Part shown: one piece after another, positions 1-8,992 of the stretch
Position numbering within the stretch: position 1 is the stretch's first letter
Layout of the letters: each line of letters starts with the position of its first letter
Origin: an uncultured bacterium
GTDB lineage: Bacteria; Verrucomicrobiota; Verrucomicrobiia; Chthoniobacterales; Terrimicrobiaceae
Assembly (NCBI GenBank): GCA_963923595.1
Contig: CAWUMN010000001.1
Location: 1-42,062, forward strand
Direction of reading: 5' to 3'
DNA: 42,062 nt
Program-made: the position numbers and the translations under genes
The notes under the pieces: model-generated
What the model saw: the letters and a program-made list of their open reading frames with translations, nothing else
The model's database searches: none
Told to the model about the DNA's origin: nothing

Positions 1-100
1 ACGCCAATCGACCGAGGCGCGGAGGGAGAGGTAAAATCATAAACCGCGACCCTGCCCACGGGCTGATGAAGATTTTTGTCTTCACTTCAGTTATCACTGT

Positions 101-153
101 CTCGCCATAGCCCTCCCATTTTAGCGGCGAAGCCGCCATTGTATCCGGTTCGC
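101..153. repeat. 53-nt repeat, copy A (44/53 identical, ungapped, to 12303-12355; contains GCGGC-GAA-GCCGC hairpin)
   Basis: Direct comparison of ctcgccatagccctcccattttagcggcgaagccgccattgtatccggttcgc with 12303-12355. They share an exact 18-mer, gcggcgaagccgccattg. Both copies have the same orientation. Confidence 0.8.
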
Positions 154-216
154 GTTCATCATCTGGAATTCGCAGTTCCCTTCCAAACCGGCATAGGACT
201 GCTATTACAACAAACC

Positions 217-1104
217 CTACCTTCCAATCGTAGGGGCCAAGGTGGCGAGTTCGGCGGCTAGGCGGATGGCGGATTTCATGCTGTCGTGGCGAGCGATGCC
301 GCAACCGGCGATCTCGAAGGCTGTTCCGTGGTCCGGGCTGGTGCGAACGAATGGAAGGCCGAGCGTGACATTCACTCCTTCGTGAAAGGCGTGGAGCTTG
401 AGCGGGATCAGGCCTTGGTCGTGATACATGCAAAGGACTCCATCGAATTCCCCCTCCACCGCGCGGTGGAAAACAGTGTCCGGCGCGAAGGGGCCTTGGA
501 AGTCGCCGTGGGGCTTCAGTTCCTCAACGGCAGGGGCGATGATTTCAATTTCCTCACGGCCGAGGTCCCCATTTTCGCCAGCATGGGGATTCAGGCCTGC
601 CACGGCAATTCGGGGACAGGCAATTCCTCGGGCGCGAAGAAAGTCGGCGAGGAGTTTGCCGACGCGGAGGATTTTCGAGGCGTTGAGAAGAGAAGGAACG
701 CTGGCCAGGGGCACATGGGCTGTGACCAATGCCACAGTGAGCGAACCGCCCGTGAGGCACATGGCGAAATTCTCGACTCCCGCGCGGCAGGCGAAGAATT
801 CGGTTTGGCCGGGAAAATCAAAACCCACCTCATGCATGGCGCGTTTGCAGACCGGACCGGTGACGACCGCCTGCCATTCGCCCGAGGCGAGCTTTTGGGC
901 GGCGGTCTCCAAGGCAACGAACGCCTCTCTGGCCGATTCGGGAGTGGGTTTTCCAAGGGAGTGGTTTTTGCCGCAAGCCAGCACCTCGATCTCGCAACCT
1001 GCGGGCAGTTTCAAATCCCGCAAGGCCGCCGCGATAACCTCGGGACCGACCCCTGCGGGATCGCCGGGCGTGATGCCAATGCGGACGGACGTCGGATTTT
1101 TCAC
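217..1104 (-). CDS. pdxA: 4-hydroxythreonine-4-phosphate dehydrogenase PdxA
   Basis: Motifs GDPAGVGPEV, NPHAGENG and SPDHGTAFEIAG. The ORF-track start at 1143 is TTG. The in-frame GTG at 1104 has GGAAGG 7 nt upstream, so it is preferred. Confidence 0.85.
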   Translation of the reverse strand: MKNPTSVRIGITPGDPAGVGPEVIAAALRDLKLPAGCEIEVLACGKNHSLGKPTPESAREAFVALETAAQKLASGEWQAVVTGPVCKRAMHEVGFDFPGQTEFFACRAGVENFAMCLTGGSLTVALVTAHVPLASVPSLLNASKILRVGKLLADFLRARGIACPRIAVAGLNPHAGENGDLGREEIEIIAPAVEELKPHGDFQGPFAPDTVFHRAVEGEFDGVLCMYHDQGLIPLKLHAFHEGVNVTLGLPFVRTSPDHGTAFEIAGCGIARHDSMKSAIRLAAELATLAPTIGR

Positions 1105-1211
1105 GGAGTCACCTTCCAAAAATCCGGTCCTGCCGCGAAGCAAAATCCTTGCGGCCAGCGTGGAAGAATCTGCTTCCCCTGCCCTTTTCGAGCGCTAGAT
1201 TGTCCGCCCCA

Positions 1212-1649
1212 ATGGAAACCACACTGATTCTTCTGAAACCCGATTGCATCACTGGCGGCAAGGCCGGCGAGGTCTTGAAACGATTCGAGCAAGCGGGATT
1301 CCAGATCCGCGGGTGCAAAATGTTCCGCGCCGATGCGGGCCTGTTGCGCGAGCACTATGCCCACATCGCCACGAAACCTTTCTTCCCCGAGGTCGAAAAT
1401 TTCATGAGCGCCACGCCTGTCATCGCGCTGGCTTTGGCTGGTGAAAATGCCGTTGAGCGCATCCGCGAGCTTCTCGGGCCGACCGATTCGACGAAGGCCG
1501 CCAAGGGCACGATCCGTGGCGACTTCGGCCAGACGGTCATGAAAAACATCGCCCACGCCTCCGATAGCCTCGACAACGCGAAGATCGAGTTGAACAGGTT
1601 TTTCAAGGCCGACGAGATTTTCGACTACGAAATGCAGCTTCCGGTCTGA
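1212..1649 (+). CDS. ndk: nucleoside-diphosphate kinase
   Basis: METTLILLKPD... and the active-site block NIAHASDS. The ATG at 1212 gives the canonical N-terminus; the ORF-track TTG at 1149 would add 21 atypical residues. Confidence 0.9.
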   Translation: METTLILLKPDCITGGKAGEVLKRFEQAGFQIRGCKMFRADAGLLREHYAHIATKPFFPEVENFMSATPVIALALAGENAVERIRELLGPTDSTKAAKGTIRGDFGQTVMKNIAHASDSLDNAKIELNRFFKADEIFDYEMQLPV

Positions 1650-1656
1650 CCGGGCT

Positions 1657-2343
1657 TCACTCTTCAGGCATCCGTCGCGGCACGAGGGAGAATTCCTGCT
1701 TGAGCTTCGCGATGTGCTGTGGCGGCAGGTAGCCGAGCCAGTTGCTGCCAGGGTAAATCACGCTCTGGCGTCCGATGAGCGAGCCCGGGCTTAGGACGGC
1801 ATTGCAGCCGATCTCAGCCTGGTCGCCCACGATGGCGCCGAATTTTCTCAAGCCCGAGGAAACCCTCCCTCCGGGGCCGTGAACCGTGACCGGGGCCTTG
1901 TCGAGGCGGACATTCGATAAAATCACACCGGCGCCGAGGTGGGCTTCGTAACCGAGGATCGAGTCGCCGACATAGTTGAAATGCGGCACCTGTGCCTTGT
2001 CGAAAACGAGGCAGTTTTTGAATTCGCAGGAATTTCCCGCCACAACGCCGTCGCCGAGGATGACATTCTCACGGATGTAGCAGCCATTTCGAATCTCGCA
2101 GTTCTCGCCGATCCAGGCCGGGCCTTTAACCATGGCACCCTGCTCGATGACGGTGTTTTTGCCGACGAAGACCGCGCCGCTCACAAACGGCTTTCCGATG
2201 AGTCGGCCGTGGATGCCCGGCTTCATGCGGAATTTCAGATAGGCTCCGATTTTGGGAAGGACATCCCAGACATTCTCCGCGTTTTCAAAAAGGGCGCGGT
2301 GTTCGCAATGGCTGAGGTCGAAAAAATCGTCGATGGGATACAT
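1657..2343 (-). CDS. hexapeptide-repeat (left-handed beta-helix) transferase, GlmU C-terminal-domain-like; substrate unknown
   Basis: Repeated [LIV]-G-x4 hexapeptide pattern across aa 60-200 (VIEQGAMVKGPAWIGENCEIRNGCYIRENVILGDGVVAGNSCEF...). No nucleotidyltransferase domain is present. Confidence 0.6.
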   Translation of the reverse strand: MYPIDDFFDLSHCEHRALFENAENVWDVLPKIGAYLKFRMKPGIHGRLIGKPFVSGAVFVGKNTVIEQGAMVKGPAWIGENCEIRNGCYIRENVILGDGVVAGNSCEFKNCLVFDKAQVPHFNYVGDSILGYEAHLGAGVILSNVRLDKAPVTVHGPGGRVSSGLRKFGAIVGDQAEIGCNAVLSPGSLIGRQSVIYPGSNWLGYLPPQHIAKLKQEFSLVPRRMPEE

Positions 2344-2348
2344 GGAGT

Positions 2349-3761
2349 TTAGCGGGTGGGCGCCGCCGTTTGCGGGGCGGGCGTGAGTTTTTGGCCGTCC
2401 TTGGTATCTTTGACCATCCAGCCCATGGCGAGGATTTCGTCACGCAGTGTGTCGCTGAGTTTCCAAGCCTTCGAGGCGCGGGCCTCGGCACGGCGGACGA
2501 GTAGTTCCTCAACGGCAGCGGGGATTTTTTCGGCGTCCGGCTCAAGCGCCAAAACGGAATTCACGCCCTCGAGCCATTTCAAAAGTGTCACAGCCTCGGC
2601 GGGCTGGAGGCTGGCGGAATCCATGCGGCGGTTGGTCTCGCGGATGGTTTCGAAGACGGCGGCGAGCGCGGCGGAGATGTTGAGGTCGTCATCCAAAGCC
2701 TCGCCGAAGGCTTCGAGGCCGGCAAAGGGCGCAGAGGCGGTTTCGGTTTTGGCGGTGTCGCGCAGACGGGCCGTCCATTCATCCAGGCGCTGGAGCGCGC
2801 TGCGGGCGGCGGAGAGCCCCTCGAAGGTGAAATTCAGCGGCTCGCGGTATTTCACCGAAATCAAGGCGTAGCGGACCTCGCGGCCGGACCAGCCTTTTTC
2901 GACGAGATCGCGGAGGGTGAAGAAATTTCCGGCGCTCTTCGCCATCTTCGATCCCTCGACCTGCAAGTGGCGGCAGTGCATCCAGAGGCGGACGAATTTT
3001 TTCCCCGTGCAGCATTCGCTTTGGGCGATCTCGGCCTCGTGGTGCGGGAAAATGTTGTCCTCGCCGCCGCAGTGGATATCGAGTTCCGGCCCGAGGATTC
3101 CAGTGGCCATGGCGCTGCATTCGATGTGCCAACCGGGGCGTCCCCTGCCCCAGGGGCTTTCCCAGCCGACATCGCCATCCGCTTCGTCCCAGGCCTTCCA
3201 CAAAGCAAAGTCGCCGACATTTTCCTTTTCGTATTCGTCGTTCCGCACGCGAACACCATCGCGCAAATCCTCGAGGTTGAAGTGGGCCAGATGGCCGTAA
3301 TCGGGAAACGAGCGGATGCGGAAATACACGGAGCCATCCTCGGCTCGGTAGGCGTGGCCTTTTTCCACGAGGGTTGAGATCATCGAAATCATGCGCTCGA
3401 TGTGGACCGCCTCGGTGGCCTCGGGATAATGATTCGCGCGCTTGATACGGAGCGTGTCGAGGTCGGCGAAGAAGGCTTGTTTGAAGGGCGCGGTGAAATC
3501 GGCAAGGGCTAGGCCGGCGGCGCGGCAGCCGCGGATCGTCTTGTCATCCACATCGGTGAGATTCATCACGCGATCGACGCGAAATCCTCGGAATTCGAGA
3601 TGGCGCTGGAGCAAATCCTCGAAGACATACGCGCGGAAATTTCCGATGTGGGCGAAATTGTAAACCGTCGGGCCGCAGGTGTAGAGCCTCACCACGCCGG
3701 GCTCGCGGGGAGAAAAGTCTTCGACTTGGCGGGTGTGCGTGTTGAAAAATCGAATCGGCAT
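2349..3761 (-). CDS. cysS: cysteine--tRNA ligase
   Basis: HIGH motif (HIGNFRAY), KMSKS motif (KMAKSAGN) and a class I Rossmann layout. The ATG at 3761 (MPIRFFNTHTRQ) matches the usual CysS N-terminus; 3785 is TTG. Confidence 0.92.
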   Translation of the reverse strand: MPIRFFNTHTRQVEDFSPREPGVVRLYTCGPTVYNFAHIGNFRAYVFEDLLQRHLEFRGFRVDRVMNLTDVDDKTIRGCRAAGLALADFTAPFKQAFFADLDTLRIKRANHYPEATEAVHIERMISMISTLVEKGHAYRAEDGSVYFRIRSFPDYGHLAHFNLEDLRDGVRVRNDEYEKENVGDFALWKAWDEADGDVGWESPWGRGRPGWHIECSAMATGILGPELDIHCGGEDNIFPHHEAEIAQSECCTGKKFVRLWMHCRHLQVEGSKMAKSAGNFFTLRDLVEKGWSGREVRYALISVKYREPLNFTFEGLSAARSALQRLDEWTARLRDTAKTETASAPFAGLEAFGEALDDDLNISAALAAVFETIRETNRRMDSASLQPAEAVTLLKWLEGVNSVLALEPDAEKIPAAVEELLVRRAEARASKAWKLSDTLRDEILAMGWMVKDTKDGQKLTPAPQTAAPTR

Positions 3762-3800
3762 GGACGCGGCAGTAAAAAGGCCCAATCCCCGTAAATCAAC

Positions 3801-3816
3801 TCCGGTGATAACCGGA
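3801..3816 (-). terminator. weak hairpin (TCCGGT-GATA-ACCGGA) between the csrA stop and the cysS start; possible terminator/attenuator
   Basis: Perfect 6-bp inverted repeat with a 4-nt loop. On the minus strand it is followed by GTTGATTTA. The stem is short and the U-tract poor. Confidence 0.25.
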
Positions 3817-3829
3817 AGATTCGGCGGGA

Positions 3830-4141
3830 TTACTCGGCGGGTGGCTTTTGCTCGGGAGCATCCGGCGGGCTTGCCGGTTTGGGGCCGCCAAGATTGCGGG
3901 CAAATGAAGCCGCAAGGCGGAGTTTTCCGAGATTTTGCTTGGTGAGCGAGGTCTGGGGATTCTTGATCGCTTCGAGGTTCTGGGCCTTGATTTCCTCGTA
4001 GATTTCCCCGCGGTAGATCGGGATGCTCTTCGGAGCGTCGATACCGATGCGGACCACTTCGCCATCCACTCGTTTGATCAGAAGGACAATGTTGTCCCCG
4101 ATCTGGATGGTTTCGCCGATTTTTCGTGAGAGCGTGAGCAT
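3830..4141 (-). CDS. csrA: carbon storage regulator CsrA with an extended C-terminal tail (103 aa)
   Basis: [51 protein letters not shown] is the canonical CsrA core. It sits immediately downstream of fliW. Confidence 0.92.
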   Translation of the reverse strand: MLTLSRKIGETIQIGDNIVLLIKRVDGEVVRIGIDAPKSIPIYRGEIYEEIKAQNLEAIKNPQTSLTKQNLGKLRLAASFARNLGGPKPASPPDAPEQKPPAE

Positions 4142-4149
4142 GGGTCGGT

Positions 4150-4605
4150 CTAGTGGCTCACGGTTTCATCGATCAGCACATGCTGCGTCGAGTAGTCTTG
4201 GTAATTCACCAGAACCACTTGCTTGCCGACGCGTGTGCGACGGTTAATCAAAATCGGAGCCGCCAGGTTGAGCGTCACCTTTTGCGGTTCGAACGACTTG
4301 ATGGTGGCGACATTCAGGATCAACGGATTCGAATCCGCTCCCCGCAAGCCGAGCGTCTCGGCATCCTCATCACCAATGTTGAGTTTGTAATTTTGAACGA
4401 AATTTACCGGTTCCAGCGCCGGTATCTGGATTTCATCACCATTGTAAGAGCGCAAGACAACAAACGGCAATGTGTCCGGATCAACGATCAGTTCGAAGTT
4501 TTTAAAGTCCGAAAGCCCGATGAGTCCCTCGGGCATGAAAAATTTGTTGTTCGTATCATCGGGAACGAATTCCTCCTGTCCCGATATGGCGGCTTCAACA
4601 AGCAT
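4150..4605 (-). CDS. fliW: flagellar assembly factor FliW (CsrA antagonist)
   Basis: [19 protein letters not shown]... and PFVVL... blocks typical of FliW. Position is flgL-fliW-csrA. Confidence 0.85.
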   Translation of the reverse strand: MLVEAAISGQEEFVPDDTNNKFFMPEGLIGLSDFKNFELIVDPDTLPFVVLRSYNGDEIQIPALEPVNFVQNYKLNIGDEDAETLGLRGADSNPLILNVATIKSFEPQKVTLNLAAPILINRRTRVGKQVVLVNYQDYSTQHVLIDETVSH

Positions 4606-4624
4606 CGCAGGTGTCTAAATGAAA

Positions 4625-5548
4625 TCAGCGAATGTAGTCGAGCAAAGAATTTCGCTGAATCATGGCGCCACTTTGTATGGCGGCTTGCTGGGCCATCTGT
4701 GCGCGGTTCAAACGGACCGTGGCCTCGGCGAAATCAATATCGGCATCCTTGGAAATCAACTGCTCAGTGGCTTCATATCGGGTTTCCAAATCCTTCATCG
4801 CCGTCTCAAGGCGGTATTGGATGGTGCCGGCGCGAGAAATTGTGGAGAGGATATCGTTTTCGAGTTGGTCGAGATTGTTTGTCCCCTGCCCCCGCATTCC
4901 AATCACGGTGTCAGCCTTGGTTGAAGAAGCAGGAGCATCCATCGCATCTCGAAGGGCGATGAGTTTATTTAATATTGTAGAAATTTTTTCGTTTTCTGAA
5001 ACGGAAGAGCCCACCTTGATTTCGGTGTCCTCACCAATCCGGATCGCCGAGTCATTGGGGCTTCCCGCGTAAGATATAGCTGTAATTTTATTGGTTTGGG
5101 GATCCCGTGTAGCTGAAAAGGCGGGATTTTCCGGAGAATCGGCTGCAAAAAGATAAGACCCGCGTAGTTTCGTATTTCCTACATTCAACCCCTGTTCAAT
5201 GAGTTGATTGATTTCTGAAGATTTTGCAAAATATTCATTGGGAGAGGAAGCCCCATTGATACCTGCGGACAACTCAGAGGCACGGACCAGCAAATCTTTA
5301 ATCTGTTCTAGCGACGAGAAAGTAACTTTGCTTTTTTCTAATCCATCGGTTGCGTTGCGATGGAATTGTTGGTTCTGCTTTTTTTCAGTGCGCAGATTGA
5401 GAATTCGCTGCATCGCTGGCGCGTCGTCGCTAGGGGCAGAAATGCGCTGCCCCGTGCTGAGTTGAGTCAATGCTTTATTCTGCTCCGAGCCTAAGGACTG
5501 AAGACGGCCCAAGAGGGTATCGGGAAATGCGTTGAATGTAACTCTCAT
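4625..5548 (-). CDS. flgL: flagellar hook-associated protein 3 FlgL
   Basis: Flagellin-like conserved N-terminus (MRVTFNAF...LSTGQRISAPSDDAP) and C-terminus (LNRAQMAQQAAIQSGAMI). Lies downstream of flgK. Confidence 0.85.
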   Translation of the reverse strand: MRVTFNAFPDTLLGRLQSLGSEQNKALTQLSTGQRISAPSDDAPAMQRILNLRTEKKQNQQFHRNATDGLEKSKVTFSSLEQIKDLLVRASELSAGINGASSPNEYFAKSSEINQLIEQGLNVGNTKLRGSYLFAADSPENPAFSATRDPQTNKITAISYAGSPNDSAIRIGEDTEIKVGSSVSENEKISTILNKLIALRDAMDAPASSTKADTVIGMRGQGTNNLDQLENDILSTISRAGTIQYRLETAMKDLETRYEATEQLISKDADIDFAEATVRLNRAQMAQQAAIQSGAMIQRNSLLDYIR

Positions 5549-5563
5549 GGTTTTATTATTTTA

Positions 5564-6946
5564 TTAGCCCACACCGAGTCGATTAACGACTTGCTCAAGA
5601 AGGCTGTCGATCACATTGATATGACGCGCTGAAGCTTGGAAACTACGCTGAAATTTCATCATGTCTGAGATTTCCTCGTCTTGAGAAACGCCACTGTATT
5701 GATCGCGAGCATTGATCGCCATTTCCTCGCTCAGCTTTTGGTCTTCCAAACGGGTATTTGTAGAATTCAACTGCTGGGCCACTGTGGTGACAGTCTTGTT
5801 GAAATATGAGTTAAAGGTAGAAGAACCCAAGGCTGTGAATGTTTTCGTGCCGAGTGCAGCCACATTTAACGCGATTTGATTGCTTCCACTCGAACCAGCG
5901 GAAATTGATGTTACAGAAACAGAAATATTTCCAGTTGTAGAATCTACTGCAAAAAATGCGGCGGGAGTGTAAGCTGAATTCACCTCATTTTTGAGATTCG
6001 TTTTCAGAGCAGCTATTTCGTTGCGGGCATTTTGAACGGTTCCAGTAGAAGACTCGAGTTGCGCTGCAAGTTTTCCATTGGCGGGAACGAAAGGATTGCC
6101 GCCTAGCTTAAAAGTCCGGAAATCGGCGCTTGTGGAATCATCCACGAAAGACAGTTGACCAGGAACATCTTTCCCGTCCACAAGAACCACATCGCCGGAT
6201 GTAACTTTAATCTGACCCAAACCATCTGTGATATTTTCAAACTGAATATCAATATATTTTGACAGTTCCTCAAGTTTCGCTTGGCGTTGATCGCGCAAAT
6301 CGACAGCAGAATATGGTTTTACAAGTTCGGCTTTAGCGATGTAGTCGTTGGTTTTCGCAATTTCGGCAAGGAGTTGATTCACAGTTCCAACATCCGTTTG
6401 AATCTGGGCATCAACATCGGTTTGAACTTGAGCCAGTCGCTTGTCGGTCTGATTAAGCTTTTCCGCCAATATCTTTGCCTTTTCCAGCAATAATTGCTTT
6501 TCACCAACATCTTGTGATTTTACCGAAACACTCTCCCAAGAATTAAAGAAATCAGTCAGCGCATCGCCGATCGCTCCCCCGCTGGCACCCGTTGCATTTT
6601 GGATTGAAGTGGAATCTTTTGTGCGATCAAGAAATTGACCCAAGGCCGTCTCAGCACTCGTGAGCACTTTTTGAGAGGCCTCCAAGTCCGCTGTGGCGGT
6701 CAGCTCCCGCATCACGCTTTTATCGAGGAGGGCGTCGCGGTTTTGGCGGAGGCCCATGGCTTCGACACCCATGCTCTCGGTGGCGACGCCAGTATTGATC
6801 TGGCCGCGATCGCCGATTTCGACACGCTCCTTGGAGTAACCCCGGTTGTTGACATTCGCGAGGTTTTTGCCCGTGATTTCCAGTCCCTTCGAGTGGACCC
6901 GGAGGGCGGCGCTGCTGTTTTGCAGAGAGGAGATGAGGCCTGCCAT
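5564..6946 (-). CDS. flgK: flagellar hook-associated protein 1 FlgK
   Basis: N-terminal rod/hook-family block (LEITGKNLANVNNRGYSKERV) and C-terminal block (EEISDMMKFQRSFQASARHINVIDSLLEQV). AAGGAAG Shine-Dalgarno upstream. Confidence 0.88.
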   Translation of the reverse strand: MAGLISSLQNSSAALRVHSKGLEITGKNLANVNNRGYSKERVEIGDRGQINTGVATESMGVEAMGLRQNRDALLDKSVMRELTATADLEASQKVLTSAETALGQFLDRTKDSTSIQNATGASGGAIGDALTDFFNSWESVSVKSQDVGEKQLLLEKAKILAEKLNQTDKRLAQVQTDVDAQIQTDVGTVNQLLAEIAKTNDYIAKAELVKPYSAVDLRDQRQAKLEELSKYIDIQFENITDGLGQIKVTSGDVVLVDGKDVPGQLSFVDDSTSADFRTFKLGGNPFVPANGKLAAQLESSTGTVQNARNEIAALKTNLKNEVNSAYTPAAFFAVDSTTGNISVSVTSISAGSSGSNQIALNVAALGTKTFTALGSSTFNSYFNKTVTTVAQQLNSTNTRLEDQKLSEEMAINARDQYSGVSQDEEISDMMKFQRSFQASARHINVIDSLLEQVVNRLGVG

Positions 6947-6993
6947 AATTTTGAAACTTCCTTGTTCGGGACCTTATTCCCGCCTTGGTCGGT

Positions 6994-7494
6994 TCAGGCG
7001 ACGGCGGCGGTGTATCGGTCGGTGTTGTATTGGGTTCTGATCTGTCCGTGGGCCCCGTAGGTTCCTGGAATCGCTCCGGGGTTGCTGATAGCAAGCAATT
7101 GCCGTGCCGACTCCACGCACTGGGCAAGAAGCATGCGATTTTGGCGGGTGCGGCGCTGGGTGCGAGTGATGAGGTCGTTGATTTCTTCGATCAATGCCCG
7201 CAAAAGGGGTTGATGCTCAGGGGCGAAGCTATGACTCAACGCGGTAAGCGTGATGTCCTTCGATTTGCCAAGGGCCACGGCGGTCTGGCGGACGAGTTCC
7301 TCGCGCTCGTGGCGGCAGTGGGTAAGTTTTGCAATCTGCTCGTCGACATCGACATTGATATCCAAAAATCCGGTCGGATCTTGATGGACGATGCATTTCT
7401 GTTGGCGATCAAAGAGATGCAAGAGCCCCCCGTATTCTTGGAGTTCGTTTTGGAGCATCGCGACGATCTCTTGGAATTTGTTTTGTGTGTTCAT
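6994..7494 (-). CDS. FlgN-like flagellar export chaperone
   Basis: All-helical 166-aa protein with an FlgN-like N-terminus (LQNELQEYGGLLHLFDRQQKCIV), placed directly upstream of flgK-flgL. The call rests partly on position. Confidence 0.55.
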   Translation of the reverse strand: MNTQNKFQEIVAMLQNELQEYGGLLHLFDRQQKCIVHQDPTGFLDINVDVDEQIAKLTHCRHEREELVRQTAVALGKSKDITLTALSHSFAPEHQPLLRALIEEINDLITRTQRRTRQNRMLLAQCVESARQLLAISNPGAIPGTYGAHGQIRTQYNTDRYTAAVA

Positions 7495-7826
7495 AGTTTG
7501 GAGGTTTTTGGAGTTTTGCTAATCAATTGGGCGTAAAGAACAGAGGAGATTCCGTTGGAACCTTTGCTGATTTCTTCCGAAATTGTATTGGTCATAAAGT
7601 AGTTATATGTCCCGGTCTTATCCCCGCCGGACTCAGTGGAGTGCAGCATCGGCTCAAGGGCTTTTTCGAGCATTTGGCGCCATAGAATCGCTTCGAACTG
7701 TTTGCAGGAGTCGGCAATTTTTGCATCCTTGCCGTCCGGGCGGGAATTTTTACCGGCCGCAGCCATGACCCCGAGGTCAGGGTTCATAGGGAGAGCGGCT
7801 TGCGGAGAGATGGCTGAAATATCCAT
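7491..7826 (-). CDS. flagellar rod-binding protein (FlgJ N-terminal-domain-like, no muramidase domain)
   Basis: CKQFEAILWRQMLEKALEPM matches the rod-binding domain signature. It is 111 aa and lies directly downstream of flgI. Confidence 0.65.
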   Translation of the reverse strand: MDISAISPQAALPMNPDLGVMAAAGKNSRPDGKDAKIADSCKQFEAILWRQMLEKALEPMLHSTESGGDKTGTYNYFMTNTISEEISKGSNGISSVLYAQLISKTPKTSKL

Positions 7827-7828
7827 GG

Positions 7829-8980
7829 TTAGTTCAAAACGAGTTCCGCTTGCAGCGCTCCGGCGCGCTTCATGGTTTGGAAAATGGACATCATGTCGCG
7901 AGTGCTGACCCCGAGGGCATTAAGGGCCTTGGCGACATCATCGATCGTGGGATTGTCTTCGACGACTTTGAATCCACCCTTCTGCTCGTTCACATTAGCT
8001 GTCGTGCTATTGAGAACCACGGTCTGACCGGCGGCATTGCCAAAGAGCGGCGCGTTTGGCTGGCTGGCGGTGAGATTCGAGGCCACGGAAATCGTAAGAG
8101 AACCATGACTGACGGCGACTTTGGATACGCGGACATTCGAGGTGGCGACGATCACGCCAGTGCGTTCGTTAATGACCACTCGGGCAGCGGTGTCGGGTTC
8201 GACTTCGATACTCCCGATCGTGGCGAGGAAATTCACCTCGTAGTTGTTGTATTCCGCCGGCACCAAAACATTCACGGTCTTGGAATCTCTGGCTACTGCA
8301 GAGTTCGGGAAAACGCGATTGATCGCCTCCGCCATGCGGGCGGCGGAAGTAAAATCCGCCTCGCGAAGCATCAGGTTCATCGAGCCGTTGTTGACGATTT
8401 GCGTGGGGATTTCGCGTTCCACAATGGCGCCGTTCGGAATGGTGGCTACCGTCGGGAAGTTTTTTTGCACCGTCGCTCCGCCCGCCCCGCCTTGGCCACC
8501 GAGGAAACCGCCCACCGCGATGGCGCCTTGAGCAACGGCGTAGACTGTCTTGTCGGCACCTTGGAGCGGGACTTGTAGAAGAACACCGCCTTGCAGCGTC
8601 TTGGCATCGCCAATCGAGGAAATGGTCACATCGATGCGATTGCCCGGCTTCACAAAAGCCGGAATCTCGGCCGTGACCATAACAGCAGCGACATTGCCGG
8701 ACTTGATGGCATCCATCGGCACATTGACGCCATAATTTTTCAAGGAGTTCGCGATCGTTTGCAAAGTCGAGTCGATTTTACTGTCACCAGTGTTGGCAAG
8801 ACCGACGACAAGGCCATAGCCGTTCAATTGGTTGTCGCGGGCTCCTTCGACATCGATCAGGTCTTTGATACGGGACCCGCCGCTGTAGTTGAGAGTGATC
8901 GCCGGGGAATCGCCGACTTGGGCGATGGCCGGAGCGGCAATCGCCAGAGCCATCAAGGGAATGAGAACGAGGTTTTTCAC
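7829..8980 (-). CDS. flgI: flagellar P-ring protein FlgI
   Basis: Signal peptide, then IKDLIDVEGARDNQLNGYGLVVGLANTGDS and the C-terminal RDMMSIFQTMKRAGALQAELV. Confidence 0.93.
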   Translation of the reverse strand: MKNLVLIPLMALAIAAPAIAQVGDSPAITLNYSGGSRIKDLIDVEGARDNQLNGYGLVVGLANTGDSKIDSTLQTIANSLKNYGVNVPMDAIKSGNVAAVMVTAEIPAFVKPGNRIDVTISSIGDAKTLQGGVLLQVPLQGADKTVYAVAQGAIAVGGFLGGQGGAGGATVQKNFPTVATIPNGAIVEREIPTQIVNNGSMNLMLREADFTSAARMAEAINRVFPNSAVARDSKTVNVLVPAEYNNYEVNFLATIGSIEVEPDTAARVVINERTGVIVATSNVRVSKVAVSHGSLTISVASNLTASQPNAPLFGNAAGQTVVLNSTTANVNEQKGGFKVVEDNPTIDDVAKALNALGVSTRDMMSIFQTMKRAGALQAELVLN

Positions 8981-8992
8981 AAAAGAATCAAA

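Noticed and set aside
1-216. A minus-strand frame open to the left edge (MAASPLKWEGYGETVITEVKTKIFISPWAGSRFMILPLPPRLGRLA...), and the plus-strand ORF at 76-261.
   Set aside because: The minus-strand frame is too short to judge, has no recognisable motif, and its start lies inside the 53-nt repeat. The plus-strand ORF has a TTG start and overlaps the pdxA 3' end. The region is left unannotated.
1636-1660. Palindrome CCGGT-CTG-ACCGG overlapping the ndk stop, as a bidirectional terminator for the convergent ndk and hexapeptide-transferase genes.
   Set aside because: The stem is only 5 bp, and there is no U-tract on either strand. This is too weak to call.
4606-7000. Sigma-28 (TAAA-N15-GCCGATAA) promoters in the flgK, flgL and fliW upstream gaps.
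   Set aside because: No GCCGATAA-like -10 element appears in the 19-47-nt intergenic gaps. These genes appear to be co-transcribed.
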